From Bdellovibrionales bacterium (GTDB taxonomy: Bacteria; Bdellovibrionota; Bdellovibrionia; Bdellovibrionales; JAGQZY01): a DNA stretch of 64,000 nt. Position 1 is the first letter of the stretch. Every line of letters starts with the position of its first letter. This document shows positions 36,635 to 46,880 of this stretch, piece after piece. The stretch spans positions 70,943 to 134,942 of the forward strand of contig CAXRHT010000001.1 in the NCBI GenBank assembly GCA_964230645.1, in the 5' to 3' direction. The translations under genes were made by a program, and so were the position numbers. The notes below the pieces were generated by a model. That model saw nothing but the letters and a program-made list of their open reading frames with translations. It had not been told where the DNA came from and ran no database searches.

Positions 36635-39600
36635 TTATAGATTTCGTCGGTACTGCCCACCCACTTCAAATAGAGCCTGAGTCATTTGGTAAAGGGAACA
36701 ATGTCTGGCTGCACTCATAAGGGCTTCGAAGATATTGCTACCACTCAAAGCGGCCTCTTTAAGCTTTGTGATCTCTTTTTCAGCCTCACTTTGATGAGAC
36801 TTCTGGAAATTGAGTAAATTGTTAAGCTGTTGATTTTTCTCTTCCATGGAGGCTCTTGCCAACTCTATACTCTCGGGCACATAACCCTCTTCCAAAGTTT
36901 TAGGATTGATAAATTGGTTCACTCCCACAATCGGCAAATCCCCGGAGTGTTTGAGATGTTCATAGTACATGGACTCTTCTTGAATCTTACCACGCTGGTA
37001 TTGAGTTTCCATGGAACCAAGAACGCCGCCTCTCTCAGAAATGCGTACAAATTCTGAAAGAATCGCCTCTTCCACAAGCTCGGTGAGTTCTGTGAGGAAA
37101 TAAGAGCCTTGATTGGGGTTTTCATTTTTAGCCACACCAAACTCTTTGTTGATAATCATTTGAATGGCCATAGCTCGACGAACCGACTCTTCTGTGGGTG
37201 TGGTGATGGCCTCATCGTAAGCATTGGTATGTAACGAGTTACAATTATCGTAAATGGCAATGAGTGCTTGAAGCGTTGTTCTGATATCATTGAAGTCAAT
37301 CTCTTGCGCGTGAAGGGACCTTCCCGACGTTTGAATATGATATTTTAATTTTTGAGAACGAGAGCTTCCCTTATAAAGATCTCTCATCGCGACCGACCAA
37401 ATTCTTCTGGCCACTCGTCCAATCACAGAGTATTCAGGGTCCATTCCGTTACTAAAGAAAAAGGATAAATTGGGAGCAAAGTCATCAATATCCATTCCTC
37501 GGGCCAAGTAATACTCCACAAAAGTAAAAGCATTACTTAGAGTAAATGCCACCTGGCTTATAGGGTTCGCACCCGCTTCGGCGATATGATACCCCGAAAT
37601 ACTGACAGAATAAAAGTTCTTCACTTTCTGATCGATGAAGTACTGCTGAATGTCTCCCATCATTTTCAAGGCAAAATCGATAGAGAAAATGCAAGTGTTC
37701 TGCCCTTGATCCTCTTTAAGAATATCGGCTTGGACTGTACCTCGCACTCTTTGGATGGCTTCGGATTTCGCCTCTTCCCACTCGGAGGTGTTGAGTTTAC
37801 GTCCAAGCTCTTTTTCTTTGCTTTCTACCAATTGATCAATGGCCGTATTAAAAAAGAAAGCCAGAATCATAGGAGCCGGACCGTTGATGGTCATACTCAC
37901 TGAGGTTGAAGGCTTTAACAGATCAAAACCTGCGTAGAGCTTTTTCATATCCTCAAGAGTGCAAATACTCACACCACTCTCCCCCACTTTCCCGAAAATA
38001 TCGGGGCGTTTATGGGGATCAAATCCGTAAAGGGTCACACTATCAAAAGCGGTCGAAAGTCTTTTCGCATCCGAGTCTTCTGATAAATAATGAAAACGAC
38101 GGTTCGTTCTCTCCGGGGTTCCTTCACCGGCAAACATCCGGGTGGGATCTTCGCCTTTGCGTTTTAAAGGAAAGACTCCGGCGGTGTATGGAAACTGCCC
38201 CGGAACATTTTCAAGTTTTAAAAACTCTAAACGGTCTCCCCAGTCACGAAGCTTAGGAACAGACACTCGAGGGATTTTTGTGCCACTGAGACTCTCCGAA
38301 AAAAGAGGCTGACGAATTTCCTTATCTCTGACTTTATAAACAAACTCGTCCTGACCATATTGGGCCATCATATCGTCCCAAGCCTTGAGAAGTTTCAAAT
38401 CTTTGTCAGGGAAGTCTCGCTCGATTTTTTCTATACTGGTTTCAGCCTCTTTAAGCTCATCTTTAAGCTGATAAAGACCCCCAAGTTTTGAGGCTTGATC
38501 GGCCAGTTTGCGGCTTTCTTTTTTATAATTTCTAACCGTACTAACGATCTCGGCCAGATAGCCCTGCCTGTCCGGTGGAATAATACTTTGTTTTTCAGCA
38601 CCCTTTATCTTTTCTCTATCTTCTTTTGAAAGTTCCCAAGAAAAATTCTTATCTTTTTCGCTCAGCTGACGAGTGAGTTCAAAAAATAGATTATTCACAC
38701 CCAGATCATTGAATTGGGCCGCTTGGGTTAAATATACCGGAATTTCATCATCTTTAGCCTGAAATATTTTGCGAGATCTTTTGTACTGCTTACGAACATC
38801 GCGAAGAGCATCCTGAGACCCACGATGATCCGCCTTATTAATAGAAATTAGGTCTGCAAAGTCGATCATGTCGATCTTTTCAAGTTGAGACTGAGCACCA
38901 AACTCTGAAGTCATAACATAAAGGCTCAAATCAGAGACTTCGGTGATCGCCACATTGGCCTGACCAATTCCAGAAGTTTCAGCGATAATTAAGTCAAAAT
39001 TGTACTGCTTTAAGAGATCAAGCATTTTTGGCAAAGAGCCTGCGATCTCACTTCCCGAACCTTTCGAGGCTACAGACCTCATAAAAGCACCGGGGCGCGA
39101 GAGAGAGTTCATACGAATACGGTCCCCCAAAAGAGACCCACCGGTTTTTCTTTTGGATGGATCGACACAAACAACAGCCACTTGCAGGTCAGGATAAGAA
39201 TTAAGAAGTCTTTGCACGAGTTCATCAACAAGGCTTGATTTCCCAGCCCCTCCCGTTCCGGTGACCCCTAAAACTTTAGGCGTTTTGCTTCCCTTGAAAT
39301 CGTTAAGAGAATCTAAAATATTCTCATCCACATCCTTATTATTATCTAGGGCATCGAGTGCAATTCCTAAAAGACGATGCGGCATTTCCTCGCGCCCTTC
39401 GAGTACACCTTTTTTCTCTTTGTAGGCCACATCTCCAATGGAGAAGTCACACTTCTCCATTATCAATTCAATCATCCCCTCAAGACCCATTTTTCGTCCA
39501 TCATCAGGGTGAAAGATAAAATCGATACCGTACTCTTCCAGTTCTTTTTTCTCTTCGTGAATGATCACCCCACCACCGCCGCCGAAAATTTTGACGTAAT

Positions 39601-39865
39601 CAGCACCAGCCTCTTTGAGAAGGTCTTTCATATATTTGAAATACTCCATATGTCCCCCTTGATATGAGGACAAACAAATTCCCTGAGCTCCTTCTTGCAG
39701 AGCCGCGGTTACAACATCGAGGACACTGCGGTTGTGACCAAGATGGATCACCTCCGCACCAGCGTCTTGCAGAAGTCTGCGAATCATATTGATGCTAGCA
39801 TCGTGTCCGTCGAAAAGGCTTGCAGCAGTAACAATTCTCACAGGGTTTTTGAGTGGAGAGGACAT
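36635..39865 (-). CDS. icmF: Fused isobutyryl-CoA mutase (B12-binding domain + MeaB-like GTPase + mutase catalytic domain)
   Basis: 1076 aa. N-terminal B12 motif (DGHDASIN...GHNRS), P-loop [12 protein letters not shown], and a C-terminal methylmalonyl-CoA-mutase-like TIM barrel. The domain order and size match IcmF. Confidence 0.88.
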   Translation of the reverse strand: MSSPLKNPVRIVTAASLFDGHDASINMIRRLLQDAGAEVIHLGHNRSVLDVVTAALQEGAQGICLSSYQGGHMEYFKYMKDLLKEAGADYVKIFGGGGGVIIHEEKKELEEYGIDFIFHPDDGRKMGLEGMIELIMEKCDFSIGDVAYKEKKGVLEGREEMPHRLLGIALDALDNNKDVDENILDSLNDFKGSKTPKVLGVTGTGGAGKSSLVDELVQRLLNSYPDLQVAVVCVDPSKRKTGGSLLGDRIRMNSLSRPGAFMRSVASKGSGSEIAGSLPKMLDLLKQYNFDLIIAETSGIGQANVAITEVSDLSLYVMTSEFGAQSQLEKIDMIDFADLISINKADHRGSQDALRDVRKQYKRSRKIFQAKDDEIPVYLTQAAQFNDLGVNNLFFELTRQLSEKDKNFSWELSKEDREKIKGAEKQSIIPPDRQGYLAEIVSTVRNYKKESRKLADQASKLGGLYQLKDELKEAETSIEKIERDFPDKDLKLLKAWDDMMAQYGQDEFVYKVRDKEIRQPLFSESLSGTKIPRVSVPKLRDWGDRLEFLKLENVPGQFPYTAGVFPLKRKGEDPTRMFAGEGTPERTNRRFHYLSEDSDAKRLSTAFDSVTLYGFDPHKRPDIFGKVGESGVSICTLEDMKKLYAGFDLLKPSTSVSMTINGPAPMILAFFFNTAIDQLVESKEKELGRKLNTSEWEEAKSEAIQRVRGTVQADILKEDQGQNTCIFSIDFALKMMGDIQQYFIDQKVKNFYSVSISGYHIAEAGANPISQVAFTLSNAFTFVEYYLARGMDIDDFAPNLSFFFSNGMDPEYSVIGRVARRIWSVAMRDLYKGSSRSQKLKYHIQTSGRSLHAQEIDFNDIRTTLQALIAIYDNCNSLHTNAYDEAITTPTEESVRRAMAIQMIINKEFGVAKNENPNQGSYFLTELTELVEEAILSEFVRISERGGVLGSMETQYQRGKIQEESMYYEHLKHSGDLPIVGVNQFINPKTLEEGYVPESIELARASMEEKNQQLNNLLNFQKSHQSEAEKEITKLKEAALSGSNIFEALMSAARHCSLYQMTQALFEVGGQYRRNL

Positions 39866-39868
39866 AGT

Positions 39869-40645
39869 TTAGTTTCCAGTGAATTGAGGTTTACGTTTTT
39901 CGATAAAAGCCTGAGTGCCCTCTTTGCAGTCTTTACTTTCAAAGAGTTCAGAGAATTCTTTCTGTTCCATAGCCATGGCTTCTTTGATTTCCATACCATA
40001 AGTTTTATGGATGGTGCGCTTAATAGCATCCAGTGCTATAGGCGCTCTATGAGTAACGGTTTTAGCCACACGCCCGGCCGCCTCTAATAGCTCCGCGGGT
40101 GGATGAACTTCATTAACAAGTCCCACTTCTTTCGCTCTTTTGGCATCGATCATGTCACCCGTGAAGGTCATTTGTTTTGCCATCCCAGGGCCGATAGCAC
40201 GAGAGAGTCTCACACTGCCACCAAAACCAGGCATCAGTCCTAGAGTGCATTCTGGTAAACCAAACTTTGCTTTTTCAGAAGCCAGAATAAAATCACAAGC
40301 AAGGGCCAGTTCAAGACCGCCACCAAGGGCAAAACCATTTACAGCTGCGATCACAGGAATAGGAAGGTTTTCAATTTCCAAGAAAACTTGCTGGCCAAAG
40401 CCTGCAAAATCGTGAGCCTTGGCACTGTTTAGAGAATCGATTTCTTTAATGTCAGCTCCTGCGACGAAAGCGCGATCGCCTTCACCGGTTATGATGGCAC
40501 AACGAAGCTCTTTATCCTCTTTGATATCAGAAAGTGCTGAAGCCAAAGCTTTAAGAACTTCTGTGCTCAGCGCATTCATGGCCTCAGGTTTATTAATTGT
40601 TATTGTTGCAATGGAGTTTTGTTTTTTCAGTTCTACCAAAGCCAT
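39869..40645 (-). CDS. Enoyl-CoA hydratase (crotonase family)
   Basis: 258 aa. FVAGADIKE and AAVNGFALGGGLELALACD motifs. Confidence 0.9.
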   Translation of the reverse strand: MALVELKKQNSIATITINKPEAMNALSTEVLKALASALSDIKEDKELRCAIITGEGDRAFVAGADIKEIDSLNSAKAHDFAGFGQQVFLEIENLPIPVIAAVNGFALGGGLELALACDFILASEKAKFGLPECTLGLMPGFGGSVRLSRAIGPGMAKQMTFTGDMIDAKRAKEVGLVNEVHPPAELLEAAGRVAKTVTHRAPIALDAIKRTIHKTYGMEIKEAMAMEQKEFSELFESKDCKEGTQAFIEKRKPQFTGN

Positions 40646-40647
40646 GA

Positions 40648-41505
40648 TTAAGACTCCTCATAGTTATAAAATCCACGACCTGATTTACGCCCAAGCCAGC
40701 CGGCCTCCACATATTTGACCAAGAGAGGACAAGGACGATATTTCGTATCCCCTAAACCGTCGTGAAGAACGTTCATAATAGCAAGGCAGGTATCAAGACC
40801 AATAAAATCGGCAAGTGTCAGTGGCCCCATGGGCTGATTGGTTCCAAGCTTCATGGCCGAGTCAATAGCTTCTACCTCAGCAATTCCCTCATAAAGGGCG
40901 TAAACGGCTTCGTTAATCATAGGCATTAAAATTCGGTTGACGATAAAGCCCGGCATATCTCGCCCTTCAACAAAAACCTTACCAAGTCCCTCGGTCGCCT
41001 CTTTAACAGTAGTAAAGGTTTTATCGGAAGTTTGTAATCCCCGAATACCTTCCACAAGCTTCATAAGAGGCACTGGATTCATAAAATGCATACCCGCAAC
41101 CTGATCAGGCCTTTTTGTCACACCCGCTATTTTTGTGATGGAAATACTGGAAGTGTTCGTGCAAAGAATGGCGTCTTTGGGAGCAATTTCGTCGAGTTGC
41201 TCAAAGATCTTAAGCTTTAGATCGATGTTTTCGGTAGCCGCCTCAACGATGAAGTCACACTCCGAGAAGGCTTGCATATCCGTACTCGTTTGCACTCTTT
41301 CAAGAAGTTGGTTTTTTTGATCCTCAGTCATCTTTTCTTTTTTGACCAAGCGATCACAGCTTTTAGAAATTGTGGCTAGACCTTTTTCTAGTGCGGCCTC
41401 ACTGATATCCACCATCATCACGGAAGTCCCTTGGGCTGCAAAAACCTGAGCGATTCCATTTCCCATTTGTCCGGCGCCCACAACGCCTAATTTCGATATT
41501 GCCAT
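40648..41505 (-). CDS. hbd: 3-hydroxybutyryl-CoA dehydrogenase
   Basis: VVGAGQMGNGIAQ Rossmann motif and an HFMNP block. The track ORF extends to 41664. However, ATG at 41505 (MAISKLGVVGAG) is preceded by GGGAGA at appropriate spacing and matches the usual N-terminus. Confidence 0.88.
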   Translation of the reverse strand: MAISKLGVVGAGQMGNGIAQVFAAQGTSVMMVDISEAALEKGLATISKSCDRLVKKEKMTEDQKNQLLERVQTSTDMQAFSECDFIVEAATENIDLKLKIFEQLDEIAPKDAILCTNTSSISITKIAGVTKRPDQVAGMHFMNPVPLMKLVEGIRGLQTSDKTFTTVKEATEGLGKVFVEGRDMPGFIVNRILMPMINEAVYALYEGIAEVEAIDSAMKLGTNQPMGPLTLADFIGLDTCLAIMNVLHDGLGDTKYRPCPLLVKYVEAGWLGRKSGRGFYNYEES

Positions 41506-41679
41506 GCTGTCTCCCATCTGATTGGCTCTTATTGATCGTCCCTTTGGCTCCAAAGGGGACTCCATTTGTACTTTATTTGCTTCAGGGGTTATACCCAGGG
41601 GGGGATGTTTTGTAAACACCTGAGAATAAAGACAAAACTGGCCTTGAGGGAGCCCCTTTGACACTCCACAATACTATGT

Positions 41680-43029
41680 ATGAAGTGGTTTTTCTCCAGT
41701 CTAATATTCCTTAGCTATTTCAACCTTTTTGCCCAGTCCACGCCGATTTATCTTAGGGCCAATCACGCAGCAGCGACAGGGCATGTGGATTTAAAGAAGC
41801 TTAAAAAACAAGCGATCGCCTATGATCAGTACGAGTGGCTCTGGGTGAGAACACCACAAGGACGCAATGGTTGGATTTTAAAATCTTCAGCTCTTCTGCC
41901 TCTCGACTTCTCCAGACAAGCCATTCTTGCCAAAGGCGAACCCATTCATCCGGAACCTAAGGTCTACCAACTGCCGCAAAGGACCCTACACCAATCTCAA
42001 ATTGTCACCTTGGTAGAACGGAAAAGAGACTGGTATAAAATTATCTACAAGGTTAGCGAGAAAAAGTACTTCGGTTGGGTGCGCTCGCGCTATCTCTCCC
42101 CTTACTCCAAAGATGCGGGATTTTTGTTTTCAACCATCGAGACCAAACTGCGCGCGAAACCTCAAATGAAATCAAAGATTTTAAAGGATATTGAGCCGGG
42201 TGAGCCCATCATTCCCTTAAATACGAAAGCCTCCTGGGCCCTTGTGCATTACAAAGGAGCCAAGGGTTATATGCCCCTTCGCAATATCAAATCCCGTCTT
42301 GATGTTGCCATCAAGGTCAAAACACCGGAAGGCTATTTTAAACCTCACCCCAGTCTTTATCAGAAAAAGGTGAACGAAATTTTTGCTGATCCCTTATGGG
42401 TGGGAACGGGGGCCTTTACTCTGGAGTTGAAACAAAAACCGGATATGAGCTCCCCCACCCTTCAAAAAATTGAGCCTTGGCAGGATCTCGTTTTACAAGG
42501 TTACTCTATAAAGAAATGGGGAAAGAGTTTTGTTCCCCGCATTGGCGAAGTTTGGTGGCCTGATACGACGGTAGAGTCTAATGTCGAAATCATTGAGAAA
42601 CTCTCTCCTCGCTTGGCAAAACTAAAAGCCTCAGAAATCTACCAAGTGGAAAAAAGCCCGGTTGTTCCCGGCTTGCGCTTTGCCTCCACTCCTAAAGGAG
42701 TTTTCCGTAGTTTTGACGGTAAAAATTGGCACCCACTGAAAGATTTTAAATTCGGCTTCCCTATAAAGATGGCAAAAAATGGAGTGCTTTTCGTGGCCGA
42801 CAAAGTCAGCTTTGATCATGGCGAGTCCTTTCGCCATTTTGTGCGCTGGGATCTTGTTTTTAATTCGATTCCACAGGGGCGCAGTCGGTGGGACGGCCCC
42901 ATTCAAATTGTGAATGTGGAGCCAAACGCGAAAAATCACAAACAAGTGACTCTATCTCTCAAAGTGGGACAAAACAAATTTTTACAAGTCTACACTCCGG
43001 ACCTGGGTAAAACTTGGCGCCTTTACTAG
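41680..43029 (+). CDS. Secreted protein with three N-terminal SH3b-like domains and an unknown C-terminal domain
   Basis: 449 aa with a signal peptide. SH3-like segments include WLWVRTPQGRNGWILKSSAL, WYKIIYKVSEKKYFGWVRSRYL and WALVHYKGAKGYMPLRNI. Confidence 0.5.
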   Translation: MKWFFSSLIFLSYFNLFAQSTPIYLRANHAAATGHVDLKKLKKQAIAYDQYEWLWVRTPQGRNGWILKSSALLPLDFSRQAILAKGEPIHPEPKVYQLPQRTLHQSQIVTLVERKRDWYKIIYKVSEKKYFGWVRSRYLSPYSKDAGFLFSTIETKLRAKPQMKSKILKDIEPGEPIIPLNTKASWALVHYKGAKGYMPLRNIKSRLDVAIKVKTPEGYFKPHPSLYQKKVNEIFADPLWVGTGAFTLELKQKPDMSSPTLQKIEPWQDLVLQGYSIKKWGKSFVPRIGEVWWPDTTVESNVEIIEKLSPRLAKLKASEIYQVEKSPVVPGLRFASTPKGVFRSFDGKNWHPLKDFKFGFPIKMAKNGVLFVADKVSFDHGESFRHFVRWDLVFNSIPQGRSRWDGPIQIVNVEPNAKNHKQVTLSLKVGQNKFLQVYTPDLGKTWRLY

Positions 43030-43173
43030 GCAAGCCCTAGTGCCAATATTTCTCTCTAGTCTGACTAGATTGCTTTTCAAATCGTTTCTTAAAAATCCAA
43101 TACCAAAGCCTATAAAAATTGCTGGCTAAATCCCGACAAGAAATAAATCTGTTTTTTTTAAAGGAGAGCTCGA

Positions 43174-43533
43174 TTGGATATTTTAATCTTCATTGCAGCA
43201 GGCATTTTGATTATCTTATTGTTTCTTCTCTATTTAGCTTCAGGCCATAACCACACCATGAACTCTCTTAAAATCATCAAGGAAAAACTGGGCTCTCAAA
43301 GAGAAAGAGTCGCAGAAATTGAGAACAAATTAAAAACTATGGAGTCGCGTCTTAAGATTTTAGAATTTCGTACAGAAATCTTGGATGACCACGCCCCTCC
43401 TATGAAGCCAAACTTCAGCGATGAGGTCACCACACCCACCACAGAAAATCGCAGTGTTTTGCAGCAGTGGGAAATTGAACGTCTTGAAGGTGAAATAACC
43501 AGCATCAAAGAACTACTCAATAAGATGTTATGA
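43174..43533 (+). CDS. Single-pass membrane coiled-coil protein
   Basis: 119 aa. TTG start, N-terminal TM (ILIFIAAGILIILLFLLYL), then heptad-like helical sequence. Confidence 0.4.
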   Translation: MDILIFIAAGILIILLFLLYLASGHNHTMNSLKIIKEKLGSQRERVAEIENKLKTMESRLKILEFRTEILDDHAPPMKPNFSDEVTTPTTENRSVLQQWEIERLEGEITSIKELLNKML

Positions 43534-44625
43534 AGGCTCGCCCCCAAAAAGTCTGACCTTAGCCGCCTTCTCCTGCCTCTTCTTGTACTCGGTATGGGAA
43601 AGTGGTCCTCTCATATTATTAAGATAGGTTTCATAGCCAAGAATCTGCACTTCAAAGGGATAGAAAAATTGCACTTTCTCTACCTTACCTTTGCGCTCGA
43701 TATCGATCCGAATGAGCTTCCTTGATATAAATTTAATAAACTTATAGTCAGGATCAGTAAAAATGTTTTCTTTATTTCTGAACTCGGCGCGATCGGCCTG
43801 TTCATCGAGCTTCTTTGCTAGGATATCACTAATCTCGTTACTTGAAGCCTTCGAGCTTTTTGCGCGTAATGTGTCCATAACCTCTAGAAATAAATTGGTG
43901 GGATAAACTGTATTTATGGATTCGTTAACAATACAATGCGGGTAACTGACCAGTCCGTTATTCCCCAAAAAACGCAGGACCTTAAAGATATCAAAAGTGT
44001 TTTTGGTGACAAAGCGAACACCAATGCGATCTAAGATATTTAAGGCGACTAAATTCCTTTTGGACAATAATTTAACTATGGCACTGGATTGATCTTTGAC
44101 GGGCTTAAACTCAAACTTATTCAATCTTATTTTTTCATGTTCATTTTGTAAGAAGGTGGCACCTTGTATTGTGTCCACGTTTACAAAGTTCTGGATTGGG
44201 GTCAAAATTTGGTCGCGAATTTCCTCATCAAAAATACTATACAGATCATTATTGAGGTGAGCCATAATATGCATCACTTTAAGAGCTGCGCAGGACCACT
44301 TTTGTAAATTTTGGCTTTCAGCATCGCGCTGAGAAGCAGCAATCAATAAGTCGCGGACATCGTTAATGTCGTTTCGGTTGTAAAATTCGGAAAGAGGCTC
44401 TTCGCCCTCTTCGACAAACTTGTCTTGTAAAAAAGCTATGCCTTGGCGGAAGTAGGAGTAAATGGTGTTCTGATCCGCCTCACTCTCCCAATCGTAGCCA
44501 TAGTTTTTTATAAATTGTGTGGCTTGTTCTTTGTCTCGGACAGAAAGTTTAGGAGCGTCAAGAACCGACACTCCTCCTATCATAGAGAGCAAAGCTTGCC
44601 TTCGAAAATAAAGACTCTCAGACAC
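43528..44625 (-). CDS. Divergent RelA/SpoT-like nucleotidyltransferase-fold protein (possibly the TIGR04552-type family)
   Basis: 365 aa. KLLSKRNLVALNILDRIGVRFVTKNTFDIFKVLRFL resembles the RelA/SpoT synthetase block around D-x-x-G-x-R. The later YPFEVQILGYETY...H resembles the E-x-Q-I block. Other catalytic blocks are not obvious. Confidence 0.45.
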   Translation of the reverse strand: MSESLYFRRQALLSMIGGVSVLDAPKLSVRDKEQATQFIKNYGYDWESEADQNTIYSYFRQGIAFLQDKFVEEGEEPLSEFYNRNDINDVRDLLIAASQRDAESQNLQKWSCAALKVMHIMAHLNNDLYSIFDEEIRDQILTPIQNFVNVDTIQGATFLQNEHEKIRLNKFEFKPVKDQSSAIVKLLSKRNLVALNILDRIGVRFVTKNTFDIFKVLRFLGNNGLVSYPHCIVNESINTVYPTNLFLEVMDTLRAKSSKASSNEISDILAKKLDEQADRAEFRNKENIFTDPDYKFIKFISRKLIRIDIERKGKVEKVQFFYPFEVQILGYETYLNNMRGPLSHTEYKKRQEKAAKVRLFGGEPS

Positions 44626-44716
44626 TTAACGCTCTCCTGTTAATTGCTCGATGAATGACCACAACTTTCCTCCTTGATCTTTCCAAAGCCTCACCTTTCA
44701 TTGGGAAGGCTTTTTG

Positions 44717-46861
44717 TTAATGGAAAGTTCTCTGTGTTTTGGCCATATTTCTCAAAGGGGTGGTTGGCTTAAAGCGAGTTCCATATTTTGAAGCATAGAT
44801 CTCTAGGTCATCCACAATTTTTTCGGTCCCCTCTTTGTCGGCCCACCTCAAAAGTCCGCCGCGAAAAGGAGGGAAGCCTGTTCCCATGATCATAGCAAGA
44901 TCAAGATCCTCAGCACTTCCAACGACTTGTTCTTGGATAAGTACGAGGGCTGCCTCATTGATCATATTGTACATGGCACGTCCGATAATTTCCTCTTCTC
45001 CTAAAGGATCCGAGGGAGAACCTAAGCCTAAATCGGAATACACCGATTGATCGACCTCTGTTTTGCGGCCCTTTTCATATTTGTAAAAGCCTTTGCCATT
45101 TTTCTGACCTAAACGATCGGATTTTTCAAGCTTCATCATAAGCTCGGGAAGCTCCACACGATCCCCTAGGGATTCTTTAAAAATCTTGGAAACCTTCACA
45201 CAAACATCGAGTCCTACAGAATCCATCAGTTCAAAAGGTCCCATTGGCATACCGAATTTTTTAACAAATATCTTATCCACCTTCTCAATGCTAGCCCCTT
45301 CTTCAAGATAAAAAGCGGCCTCCATCATGTAAGGGACAAGAAGTCGGTTAACTAAAAAACCAGGGGCGTCTTTGACCACCACGGGAGTTTTACCCATTTT
45401 TTTAGCGAGGTTATAAACCGTTGCTGTGGCCTCATCACTGGTTTCAGGTCCACGAATCACCTCGACAAGAGGCATTTTATGAACGGGACTAAAAAAGTGC
45501 ATCCCCAAAAAGTTCTCAGGTTTTGGGTGAGCTTTCGCCATCTCTGTCACACTGAGTGAGGAGGTATTTGTAGCAAAAATGGCGTCCTCTTTAAGAAACT
45601 CACAGGTTTCTTTGATCACTTTTTTCTTGATATCCATATTTTCAACGATCGCTTCGACCACAACATCGAGTTGTTTAAACCCCGCAAAGTCAGTGCCCCC
45701 TGAAATATGACTCATTTTTTCTTGCAGGTCGTACTTAGACATTCTTTTGCGTTGAATTTTCTTGTCCCAAATTTTTCGAGCCGCTTCGTAGCCCTTGGCA
45801 ATCGCATCTGTGCTGATGTCTTTCATTCGGACAAAGACACCTTTGTCGGCCGCCACATAGGCAATTCCACCGCCCATGGTTCCAGCGCCAAGAACACCCA
45901 TGTGTTCAACACCGCGCCCTTTAGCATCCCCTTCCACACCATTGCGTCTTTTGACATCTTCCATCATGAAAAAGAGGTTAATAAGATTACGACTGATCTC
46001 TCCGCCAGCCACTTCGCAAAAACCCTCTTTTTCAATGTTCATAGCTTTTTGACGATTGGAATAACCCACCGTTTTTTTGATCACGTCAAGTGCTACCATA
46101 AGGGCCGGGTAATGACCGTGAGATTTTTTTAACGTCATTTTCTTAGCTTGAGAAAACACAATAGGTCGTCCTAGAGAGGACTCTAAAAATTTATTCGTCA
46201 CTCCTTTAGGCTCGTGCACTTTTTTGCGTTTTTTACCACCTTTAGAAATAATATCGCGAGCCATTTCTAAAGCTTGCTCTTCTAATATAGCCGGATGGAC
46301 CATTTTATCGACAAGCCCCATCTTTAAGGCCTTCTTCGCTGGAACCATTTTGCCAGCCAAAATAATATCAAGTGCCCCTTGCACACCCACCACACGTGGC
46401 AAGCGCACACAACCACCAAACCCAGGAATAATACCAAGTTTTGTTTCAGGGAGTCCGATTTTGGTTTCATCCGCTTCACTGGCAATACGATAATCACAAG
46501 CTAACGAAAGCTCACAGCCTCCCCCGGCACAAGCTCCATGGATGGCGGCAATTACCGGAACACGGAGATCTTCCACAAAGTTCATGATCTCCTGACCACC
46601 CTCTACGGCTTGTGCAAAATCCTCTTTGGTCCTAAGTGACTTGATCTCATTGATGTCGGCACCAGCAATAAAAATTTTCTTTTTTCGTGAAATAATAACG
46701 GCGGCTTTGTACTCCGAACTTTTATTGATCTCCTCTAGGAGTTCTTTTAAGCGAGTCATGATAGGAGTGCTCATTTTATTCGCGCTCTCACCAATATGAT
46801 CCCATTCAATTAGGGCCACTTCCCCTTTGGGTGTGATTTTTAAACTTTCCTGTATACTCAT
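44717..46861 (-). CDS. fadJ: Fatty-acid oxidation complex alpha subunit (enoyl-CoA hydratase/3-hydroxyacyl-CoA dehydrogenase)
   Basis: 714 aa. N-terminal crotonase domain (FIAGADINE, AAIHGACAGGGCELSLACD). Central GVLGAGTMGGGIA Rossmann domain. Follows the thiolase gene as in fadIJ-type operons. Confidence 0.9.
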   Translation of the reverse strand: MSIQESLKITPKGEVALIEWDHIGESANKMSTPIMTRLKELLEEINKSSEYKAAVIISRKKKIFIAGADINEIKSLRTKEDFAQAVEGGQEIMNFVEDLRVPVIAAIHGACAGGGCELSLACDYRIASEADETKIGLPETKLGIIPGFGGCVRLPRVVGVQGALDIILAGKMVPAKKALKMGLVDKMVHPAILEEQALEMARDIISKGGKKRKKVHEPKGVTNKFLESSLGRPIVFSQAKKMTLKKSHGHYPALMVALDVIKKTVGYSNRQKAMNIEKEGFCEVAGGEISRNLINLFFMMEDVKRRNGVEGDAKGRGVEHMGVLGAGTMGGGIAYVAADKGVFVRMKDISTDAIAKGYEAARKIWDKKIQRKRMSKYDLQEKMSHISGGTDFAGFKQLDVVVEAIVENMDIKKKVIKETCEFLKEDAIFATNTSSLSVTEMAKAHPKPENFLGMHFFSPVHKMPLVEVIRGPETSDEATATVYNLAKKMGKTPVVVKDAPGFLVNRLLVPYMMEAAFYLEEGASIEKVDKIFVKKFGMPMGPFELMDSVGLDVCVKVSKIFKESLGDRVELPELMMKLEKSDRLGQKNGKGFYKYEKGRKTEVDQSVYSDLGLGSPSDPLGEEEIIGRAMYNMINEAALVLIQEQVVGSAEDLDLAMIMGTGFPPFRGGLLRWADKEGTEKIVDDLEIYASKYGTRFKPTTPLRNMAKTQRTFH

Positions 46862-46880
46862 TTTACAACCTCAAGACGAC

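Noticed and set aside
41506-41664. N-terminal 53-aa extension of the Hbd ORF as given in the track
   Set aside because: The extension has no similarity to 3-hydroxyacyl-CoA dehydrogenases. The Rossmann motif follows immediately after M54, which is preceded by GGGAGA. I trimmed the start to 41505.
43174-44625. Toxin-antitoxin interpretation of the RelA/SpoT-like protein with the adjacent 119-aa ORF
   Set aside because: The two genes are convergent with overlapping 3' ends, not co-transcribed. The small protein is a membrane-anchored coiled coil rather than a typical antitoxin.
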